DNA from: Chromera velia
Taxonomy: Eukaryota
Assembly (NCBI GenBank): GCA_018398765.1
Contig: JAHBMJ010000351.1
Coordinates: 1 to 49,307 of the forward strand
Reading direction: 5' to 3'
Length of the DNA: 49,307 nt
Within the stretch, counting starts at the first letter, position 1. The number at the start of each line of letters is the position of its first letter. The notes beneath the pieces were generated by a model that saw only the letters and a list, made by a program, of their open reading frames with translations, was not told the origin of the DNA and ran no database searches. Of this stretch, positions 39,790 through 49,307 are shown one piece after another. The position numbers and the translations under genes are program-made.

Positions 39790-42100
39790 ACAGGTGTGTC
39801 CCCTTCTGGTCCTAGAACTTCTCGAGAGAATGTTCGAGACAGTGCAGAAATATTTCGGTCAGGTCACAGAGGAGAGCCTGAGATCCCAATTCTCCACGCT
39901 GTACCTGCTGTTGGACGAGATGGTGGACGGGGGGGAGCCTGCAACAACCGATGTGAACATTCTGGAAGTAGGTCGAAGAAGCCTGGGTGTGGAGAGGATC
40001 CAAAGACAGAGAGAAACAGGGACAACAGAGAGAGTGGGTTTGCTTTGAGAGTGGAGCAGCAAACCGCAGACTGAATGTTTGTCTGTCTGTCTGTCTGTCT
40101 GTGTGTCTGTGCATATTTACGTTTGAATGTGGAAGTGTATGTGGGTGAAAGTGTGTTACTTTATACACATGCGTCCTCACAGATGCTCGTTCAAGCACCA
40201 TCCGTGCTGCACAAGGTTGTGGAGACAGTCAGCGGGGGTGCGCGCGCGTTAAGTGAGATGGCATTTGGGCGAAGTGGGGGCTCCTCTTCCTCGAACGTTC
40301 AGAGAAACACAGCAGCCGCCATCTCGGGAGAACCTAGTGGGCCTGAGGGAGCAGGCATGGGAACGGGAACAGGGGTTGGGGCAGGGGCGGGAATCAGTGG
40401 GTGTGGGAGCGACGTGTGGTGGAGGAAGGGAGGGTTGAGCTATGCTGCGAACGAGTGCTGGATGGATGTGATTGAGACGATTGTAGGGGCAATTGACGGG
40501 TCCGTTCGTTTTTTCAATTGATTTGTTCGAATGCATGGTTTTGGCTGTTTGATTTGATGCTTTGGGGACGCTTTTTGTTCGTTTCGCTGTCTTTCAATGG
40601 CTCCGTGCTTGCTGTGTCAATGAAGTAGAGTCACACAGACATATTTGGACATGTATGTTCTGGGTCTGGATTCGCCTTGGTTGTATGATACAAGGTTTTT
40701 CTCAACTGTGTTTGGGATGGAGTAGGTCAGACCTTTGATTCATATTGGCGAGAAAAGACCGAGTGGTGTGTCTCAGAGAGCGAGAGAGAGCGCTCTCTTT
40801 TCAATTGCATATAAGCTGTTTCGATTGATTTGTTACTCATTCTATTCACAGATCGATCTGTTCCGTCGCAGTATGTTTGCGACAATCGATCGAAGTTTTT
40901 TCAGTGGCCTCTGCATTGATCCCTCCATTGAGGCGTCTGTCCATCCGCTCATCCACCCGTTGATCGATCAACTCGTTATTCAGGCGTTCTCCTACCCCGC
41001 CTGAATTCTGAGAGGCTCGTTTCTTTCCCTTTCATTTCCTTTAACCCTGTATTGAGCCTCGTATTCTTTTCTTCCCTTTCATTGCAGAAATGGGCGGGTT
41101 GTTCACTCGTGTGTCAATGGAGAGATCAGCGTGAATTCAAAAGTAGGTGACTCTTCGCGATTTCTTGACTTGACTCCAAGATTTTTTTTTCCTGTCTCAA
41201 TTTCCTCTTCTTTTTGCAAACTCTTCTTGACATAAGCACCCATCTGGTATCGATTCACGCCCTCCCGCCTCTCTCTCTCTCTCTTGCTTCTTCGTCACGC
41301 CTCTGCTCTCCTTTCCTCTCTGTCTGTTTGCTTTTCTCATTTTTTTATCTTCTCGTTTAACGCCTGTCCCTGCTTCTGTCAACGTTTTCTCTTTCTTCTT
41401 TCCATCTCTCTGCCCTGCCTCTCTCGGAGGATGAACAAGAGGTTCCTCTCCCTGTGGTTCCTCCCTCCTCTTTTGCCGTCCTTCCTCCTCTTCTCGCATT
41501 CTATCGGGCATCTGTGTCTGAAAGAGGGCAAGAAGTTTCTTTGGACACGTTGTGTTCTTGTGATGCTTTTCCTTCTTTGTGACTGTCTGCGTGCAGTTAG
41601 GAGGCATCCCCGACTGCGCTCTCTCACTTCGGACCCCCGCCCTTCTAGAGGACGCATCTTTCCATCCCTGTGTCAGGTCGGTCCGGTGATTCGTTAGTTT
41701 GAACTAGCGTCAGGCGTGTCAGAGTGGCTTGTGTACACGGATAGACGAGTAGAATCGCGACAAAAATTTGACTTCACAGACTGGCAACACGCAGATTGCA
41801 AGAAAGGCAAGCCAACTTACAGACCATTTGATTGCAGTAAAAAAACTACATACAGCGAAGGAAGGAGGGATGGCTATTAGAAAACAAAAACGTACGCCTA
41901 GAAAAGTGGGCCTCACTTTTTTGCTTCCGTTCTCTTTGTTGCTCCTCTTTTTTCTGTTACTCGAACATGACTCCAAAAATTGCGGAAACACCCTCGTTGA
42001 GCACTTTCGATATTCAGAATCCCCCTCTGCCCGTCTGGCTGGCGCGTGTGTCTGTAGTCTCAAGTAGGCGGAGTGCCATGATCCCGTTTGTCTCTCTCCC

Positions 42101-42134
<34 letters not shown>

Positions 42135-43099
42135 CGCTTGCGCATTGGCGCTCTTTGTCGACCTCTGTGGTGCGTCTTTTTGATGAATTTGTAAATCTGC
42201 TTCTTGTGTGTGTCAGAATTCCAAAATTCCACCGGGACGGCCTTCTCTCCTTTTGCCCCCCCGACGGGGATTTCAAACTCGCAGAGTACTCGTCAGTCTT
42301 CCTGTTTGTTTGTTTGTTTGTTGGGGTTGGTCGGCCCGTCGATCTATCTGAGCGTCTGTCTGTCTGTCTGTATGTCTGGCTGTCTGTCTTGGCGCCACGT
42401 CAGCCAGTGACTGAACAAAAAGAGAAGAGCTGATCTTTTATTGCGCCCTTCTGCCACTCTGACTTGATTTGCTTTCCTTTCCTTTCCTCTCAGTACTCTC
42501 CTCTTCCTTGTCCTTGCGGGAAAAAGGGAAGAAGAGGGGGAAGGGCAGCAAGAAATCAGCCTCACATCTAATATCGACGTATGAAAGTTACGTCCTTTTT
42601 GAAATTCGCTGTCAGTCGTCGTCATTTTTTCTGATTCTACGAATTGAAATGTATCACACACATCGAACAGAACGCGGTATCACACACATCGAACAGAACG
42701 CGGTACAGTATCTTCATGTGTCTCTTCTGCTCCTCTACACCCCTTCCCTTCCCTTCCCTTTTTGTTCTCATGGAACCCCGACATGCAGCCTCCCGGAGGC
42801 ACAGGTGGCGCTCCCCTTCGAGATCAAGGCCGTTCTGGTATTCAAAGCAGACGGCACAGGGGCGCAGCTGTCAGTGAGTGCAACGACCAGACAGCACTAC
42901 GGAGGGAATCCCAATGCACCTCAACATGTGAGTAAGTGAGTGTGGGGGTGATGTAGTGAGTGAGAGCGTAAAGGAAGGGGTGTACTTTCTGAATGCGTGT
43001 ACGCATCAGTCCTCCCTATCACTTTGCCCCTGCCGCTCTTCTCGCTCCCTGTATGTATGTACACGTGTGTGTGTGCGTGGGAGTGTGTGTGTGTGTGTG

Positions 43100-43134
<35 letters not shown>

Positions 43135-45431
43135 GAGTTCGTGTAAGGGTCGATCTTTAGAGCATCGCCCCACCTCCTCTCATTCCCCTTTCTGGCTTTT
43201 TTCTCAAGGACTCTCATTCCGCAGAGAGAGATGAGGACAGAAAGGTGATTCTCGGTCTGACTGCCTCCCTGCCTTCAGGTCGTTGAGAACTTCCGGCTTG
43301 CCGTCCCTCTGCCCTCATTCGTTGGGGGTGCAACGTTGAGTCAGACGTCCCCAGGGGGGGCTGTGAGGTTTGCAAAGGCACAGCGGGTAAGCTGGCCCTT
43401 TCATGTGCCGTGAGTAAATCAAGCAGGATCCTTCACCAGGAACAGTCTGTGAAGGTGTGAAGATCACATCAGAGAGGAGGGGGCTCGTCAGACTTTGCTT
43501 TTTTTGGCTCCGCAGTGGAGTGAAAGGGGGCAGGGTGCGTTTCATTTTTGTGTGTCTTTTCTCACTTTCTTTTGTGTGTTCAGTAGTCTTTTCAGTCCCT
43601 TTCTCCTTTCTATCTAGCTCCTGGTTTCTGCTCATCCTTTTCTCTCGGGCCTGTTTCGCTGAATGCTACAATGTCTGTGGGTGCTGCCTGCTTGTGTTCG
43701 CGCGGGCGTGCAGGCTGTGATATGGACAGTGCCTAAACTGACTGACGAGCACAAACACAACATGGAGGGGACGGTCTGTATGAAATCTGTTTGTGTGTCT
43801 GTCAGTCTCTGTGCCCATCTCGGCCCCCTGTCCACATTGTCCGGGTGGTCGCCCTGCCTCTTTTGGTTTTCTCTCCTTCATTTGTTTGTGTTGAGAACTG
43901 AAGAAGAAAAGGCAATCAAGAGGAAGAGACGTAAATATGTCTTCGTCTCTGTACCTCGAGTTCTCTTGTGTCCTGTTCCTCGGTACCTCGCCCCTGCTGC
44001 TGTACCTTCCTCCGTGCCTCAACCATGCCTTCTCCCCCTGCTGTCGTGCCTCATTTGGCCACAGATCCTCGCATGACACAAACGGGGTTAGCAAAAGTAT
44101 CGTTTTCTGCAGCAACAGAAACACCATACAGAGAGAAGATCCTCTTTTTGCGTACCGTGCAGATCAGCTATGAGGTCGAGAAGGAGAGGGGCCCTGACGG
44201 GGCAGACACACGAAATGTCAAGTCAGCAATTGTTCTTTGACAGAACAGGCAAGGGAAGGGGGGGGGNNNNNNNNNNNNNNNNNNNNNNNNNNNNNNNNNN
44301 NNNNNNNNNNNNNNNNNNNNNNNNNNNNNNNNNNNNNNNNNNNNNNNNNNNNNNNNNNNNNNNNNNNNNNNNNNNNNNNNNNNNNNNNNNNNNNNNNNNN
44401 NNNNNNNNNNNNNNNNNNNNNNNNNNNNNNNNNNNNNNNNNNNNNNNNNNNNNNNNNNNNNNNNNNNNNNNNNNNNNNNNNNNNNNNNNNNNNNNNNNNN
44501 NNNNNNNNNNNNNNNNNNNNNNNNNNNNNNNNNNNNNNNNNNNNNNNNNNNNNNNNNNNNNNNNNNNNNNNNNNNNNNNNNNNNNNNNNNNNNNNGGGGG
44601 GGGGGGGGGGAAGATGAGAAGACACGCTGTATTGAATGGGGTCTAGCCATTGAGTGTCGTTGTTTTTCTGCGTACTTCTCTGTATGTTTCTTTGGTTGTC
44701 AAAACACAAGCCAGGCAGGCTGTGTTCTGTAATCAGATTGTGCTTTTGCATCTGTGCCGAGGGCTGTGACTCGCTTTTGCTGTCGCTGTCTCTGCCTGAG
44801 CTGGTATCTGTGTGTGTGTGAGAGAGAGAGAAAGCCTCCTGGGGGGGGAGTGGGGACTGAGCACATTTCTCTCTGCCTCTCTCTCTGAGCTAGCGAGCGA
44901 TCTGTATGGGTTTCAATCCATGTTGTGCAGGTGCGTGGCTCTCGTTGATTTTTCTGTGAAGGGTTGGGCAGTCTCGGGATTCAAGGTCCGTCTGTTCTGC
45001 TGCTAGAATCTTCACTCAGTCATTCATCGGTCAATTGTGTTCACTTGCCATGGCAGGACGGCACCGGCAGACTGACACCACGCGTTTTGATTTGCAGTTC
45101 CACCGGCCAGACGGAAAGCGGAGAGGGTGAGACAGGAAGACAAAGCCGGTGCCGCTCGAAGTCTACGTGCAGAAGACTAGGTGTGGTTGGTGGTCGTACA
45201 TCAGGGTGTGTGTGTGGACATGTGTGTGGGACGTGCTCGTGTATGCATCACTCCGTTTATACAATAATTTGGATGTCCGTCATTCGTCTAGTTTCTATGA
45301 AGATTCGTCTTTCCCATTTACATGTGATGCAGGTGGACTCTCTTGAGATTCGGGGAGTGAACTACAAGCCATACAAAGGGTGCAGATACACGACTCTGGG
45401 TAGTGGACTGGAATTCAGAATCGACCATTAA
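38910..45431 (+). CDS. AP3M: AP-3 adaptor complex medium (mu) subunit (multi-exon)
   Basis: Exons give MDALFILNENG, SFIVEKHFRG, PLLVLELLER, LYLLLDEMVDGGEP.TT..NIL, VWWRK.G..Y..NE.WMDVIE, GEISVNSKLGGIPD, LLEDASFHPCVR, LSFCPPDGDFKLAEY, W.VPKL, GWAVSGFKVDSLEI....YKPYKGCRYTT. The YKP(F/Y)KG and EKH signatures favour mu3. Confidence 0.92.
44267..44595. other. Assembly gap in an AP3M intron, flanked by poly-G
   Basis: N run. The flanking exons are phase-compatible (AA|G), so no exon need be missing. Confidence 0.95.
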
Positions 45432-46911
45432 TGATCGAGCGACTCCACAGGAGTGACTGTCACAGTCCGAGCAAGTGGAATTGATAGAGACCGAAATATG
45501 CCCAAAGAAAGACAGCAGCAAGAGTTTATTAGATGGGGTTCTCAACATGCAACATCCCGTGCAACACTCCTGCAACAGTTGAACAACAGTTGTTTGCATG
45601 TTGAGTGCCATGATAAATTAAAAAAAAAATCATTTAAAAAAAAGTTTTTCCGATCTTTTTCTTTTTTTTTTATGTATAGTGCACAGCCTAGTAGAAATCC
45701 CAATAAATAATGGACCAAATTTTTAATATATATGTACTGCCGATACATATATTATTAAAGAGTAACGGCTAGAGTAACGGTTCTACTAAAATAGTAATGA
45801 AGCGGCCGTCAGGCTAGCCATCAGGCCGCCAAGTTATAGTTTTTTAGTCATTGAAGCTTTAAAATGGTGGATTATAGAAAAACAGTTTAACAGTAACGTA
45901 GCCTGAGCCCGCTGATAATAGCCTGATACATAATTATTTTAATATGTTACAAATATCAATTAAATACTGGGAAGAAGACTCAGATATGATAGGACTTAAT
46001 TTAATAATTTTCAATCTGTTCAAGACTTGCTTTTCCACGTCCATAGCTGCCTAGCTTTACATTCAAAAATTTGATAAAACAATATAAAAGATCGACAGTA
46101 CTATAAGCCTTTTTCATCCCCCCCCCTTCCCTTATAGTCTTTTTAACTGCTGGCTTTGGCTTCCGCCTTGCCTTTTGGCCTTCCTGTGCCTTTTGCCTTT
46201 ACCTTGGCGGCAGAGGGTTGATTTAAGAAAGACAAACTCGAAGATGCGGCTTAGATGCCCCCGGTGGTTTTCCTAGGTTTTACCGTTGTCTAGACCGTTG
46301 TTTATAAGCATTGTAGCAGTAACGAACATAATAAACTTTTTTCAAAGTTGCTTAGGCTCTCAAAGCTTCTGATGAAATTATTTAGCGCTTAATCGCTTAA
46401 TGGAACGTTCTTGAGTTTGTGTGTAACCACTTCTAGGGTACTTTCTTCCTTCCGGTCTCTCTTTGGTTTGAAAGCACTTTGCATCTTGCATGCTTCATGT
46501 TTGCAATTAACTCCATGCAGTGCTTCGCTGCATGCATGCGCACGTCTCTATACGCGTATTTGATTCTGTATTTCATGTACGGCATTCCAATTTAATCTCG
46601 CGATGCGCGCTGCATTGTCGTGCTCGCTTAGGTTTTATGTCAAGCTGTGTCGCGCGGTGTATATCGTTCGGTCAAGGCATCGTCAGCTTCATTGTGAACT
46701 TGAGCTTTTGAAAGGACTGTGCGATTGTTGATCACCGCAAATAGCAGATTGTATCAAACAGTGTCCAAAAGGGCTTAGAAGGTCCGGGCCCAGCCGCGAT
46801 CAACGTTGGATCCAGGTCACACGATCGATGCTGAGAATAGATGATTTCTCAGCTGCAGTAGATCCTGCAGAGGGGAGAGGGGTGAGGGAAGTCCACAACA
46901 GCACCACTCTA

Positions 46912-47357
46912 CAGCCAGCATTCTACTCGGAAGAGAGTAAGCAGTGCAAATTCGATCTACGTTCGCTGACGAACTTACTCTCGCTTTTCAAAGTACTGGA
47001 GGGAGACAGAAAGAGAGAGAGAAAAAAGGCAGAAAGAAAGCAAAGAAAGGGCAGAAAACGAAGGTCACCCCATCGCCGCAGACAGCAATCCACTCGGAAG
47101 AGAGTAAGCAGTGCAAATTCGATCTACGTTCGCTGACGAACTTACTCTCGCTTTTCAAAGTGCTGGAGGCAGACAGAAAGAGAGAGAGAAAAAAGGAAGG
47201 AAGAAAGCAAAGAAAGAGCAGAAAACGAAGGTCACCCCATCGCCGCAGCCAGCAATCCACTCGGAAGAGAGTAAGCAGTGCAAATTCGATCTACGTTCGC
47301 TGACGAACTTACTCTCGCTTTTCAAAGTGCTGGAGGGAGACAGAAAGAGAGAGAAAA
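46912..47357. repeat. Tandem repeat, 167-bp unit, ~2.6 copies
   Basis: ACTCGGAAGAGAGTAAGCAGTGCAAATTCGATCTACG... recurs with period 167 (the ORF track starts at 46944, 47111 and 47278). Confidence 0.95.
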
Positions 47358-48296
47358 GAGAAGAAGAAGGAAAGACCCACCTGCGGCAACTCGTCTTTTC
47401 CGGATCGCGTATCGGTTTCTGGACTTTTGGTACTTGTTCACTCCACCGGCAGTCTTGTTGACCTTCTTCGCGGCAGTCCCCTCTGACGGTCTTGTGGAGG
47501 AAGAGCAGCTCGATCTTCTCCCTCCTTTCTTCTCCTTCTCCACCTTTTCCATTGCAAAGACTGAGGTGAACCTACCCTGGACCCATGTGAAAGCCTTTCT
47601 GTGAGACATTACAAAGGACTCCCATTCGTCTCTGTCAACCCCAGGAGGAGGTTTCCGCCTATGGTCCCGATAAAGGTCATTGGAGATGAAAAAACTGCGA
47701 GGAACTGTGTTGAATGCAAGCTGCAGCAGGAGGTTGTCATCGTGGTTTCCCGCAGGATTGCAGACGATGTAACCCTTTTTTGCGAGCCGTTGAATCGTCT
47801 CGGTGCCTGCGCGTGTTTTCGCTGCACGTTTCTGCATCAACATCCGGATAGACAAATGATCTTCGAACTAAGCTTGGTCGTTCAAGACAGAGTCCATCAG
47901 AAATCGAATCACAAGATTGAGAGCTGCAGTCGTCACTGAATTGCATGGACTTCGTTGCCTTGCTCTGACGAGTCATAATGCTCGTCGCACTTTTGCTAAC
48001 GCCTTTGCCGAAAGTTCACACAAGCAACCTACATGGTACAGGACCTTCAGGAAAAAACAACTTGAAGCAATTCTTTCCCATTTTGTGCTGTAATTCACAG
48101 TCGGCGTAGAACCCGGACGTGATTCCTGCGGGCGATGCCTTCGTTCACGGCTGACTGACTCGGCGGTTGGGGTTCTACACGTCATTCAGGAAGGGCAATC
48201 AACGGAACCTTCCCCCGGGGCCGTCGAAGTAACCCCCTCGCCTGGCCGCGTTGTCCCCATCGACAAAGTCAACTCCGGAGTGTCCCTCAGCGTCAT
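47322..48296 (-). pseudogene. Zc3h12a/Regnase-like NYN (PIN) ribonuclease gene with in-frame stops
   Basis: FVDGDNAA (~48267-48244, NYN D-G-x-N motif), ALNLVIRF, L.KKGYIVCNP, HDDNLLLQLA, FISNDLYRDH, and AFTWVQGRF. In my splice model the stops are TGA 48199-48201, TAG 48175-48177 and TAG 47868-47870. A possible upstream exon starts at ATG ~48720. Confidence 0.75.
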
Positions 48297-49307
48297 CTGC
48301 ACATTGGACACGAATGCCTAGTATCTTTCAATCGCACATTGGGTCAGATCTGTAATAAAACTACCGCACTACAAGGTCAAATCGATGTACCCTAGCTACA
48401 ATCGTGATGCACCCTGCGTCGAAAAGTTTACAGGGTTGATCGATGTACCATGCAAGGTCAATCAATCGACGTTCCACATTTCTTTGAAAGCAAGGCCGAT
48501 TGGCGATCGATCTACAGCAAGCAATCGCGGGATCGATATCAATGTCGATTTAAGCACACAGAAAGCAACTGATCAGCACGACAGGAAGCTCACAAGCGAC
48601 TGACCGAAGTAAGAGGAAGCGTCCTTCAGCAGAAACAGGGTCCGAAAGCGGGGGAGAAGCTTTCCAGAACCAATCTCGGTCCACGCGGAAGGTCATATTC
48701 ACCGTGTATCGAAATCCCATTTCGATACTGCTAGACACATGCAATTACGCAAGCACGCTTCCTTGCACAGCCAGAGCCTTTCCCGAACAGAACTCAAGCA
48801 AAAGATAGAGAAAAAGGCTTTTGAATGTAGCTAGAAGGGGCAGAAAGGAGAAGGCCGCCTGTAGATGGACTTTCTGATCTGTTGTCGATCGGATTGCAAT
48901 TTGAAAGGCCGATGCGATGCACATTCGATCTGGCCTTTCGGGTTTTGAAATTGAAAGCCGCCCAAGCCATTCCTGCCTTTTGCAACACAAAGCACAGCTA
49001 ATGGGAAGGCCTTTGACACGGCTTTCCGTTTCAAGTGGCTCGCGATCTGCTTCCAGATTGAAGCCCGCTCACTTCGGACAGAAGACGCAAAGTCAGACAT
49101 GCAGACTGACAATTTGCATGACTTGCATGCATGCATGCATGCATGGCAGCAATATGGCAGCATCATGCTTCGTGCAGTCAACACTTCGCCGCACGCAAAC
49201 AACACTTTGACGCACGCGCGCACGAGCCCACGCCGTGCGGGCTCAGCTTTGCTGAGATCGGATCTTTACCCCAATAGCGTCCGCGGGGGATCGGGCTCCC
49301 CCCCCCC

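Noticed and set aside
46960..47015. Hammerhead/retrozyme in the 167-bp repeats (CTGACGA)
   Set aside because: No stem II followed by YGAAA, and no stem III.
46912..47357. CRISPR-like array
   Set aside because: Whole units are near-identical with no unique spacers, the context is eukaryotic, and no cas genes are present.

Overview
Eukaryotic, intron-rich genomic DNA. Microsatellite-filled introns, frequent GTCAGT/GTGAGT donors, abundant TGCATGCA motifs and an RNI-like LRR gene suggest an alveolate, most likely a chromerid such as Chromera velia (inference only). Genes read by hand through their splice junctions: ATG5 (+), a hypothetical protein with a signal peptide (-), an EF-hand protein (+), an LRR pseudogene (+), an FBPase class I homologue lacking many catalytic residues (-), AP-3 mu subunit (+) and a Zc3h12a-like NYN RNase pseudogene (-). 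Mobile DNA: nested TIR elements including a hAT-like element with an 8-bp TSD, a TRIM-like LTR element with PBS, PPT and non-canonical ends, a CCC-ended foldback MITE in the LRR gene, a 5'-truncated non-LTR retrotransposon with a 162-bp target duplication, and a 203-bp MITE in a bidirectional promoter. The strongest unexplained signal is that the duplicated sequences compared differ almost only by transitions, in CpG and non-CpG contexts, resembling fungal RIP. Substitution counts and exon models were made by eye and need computational confirmation.
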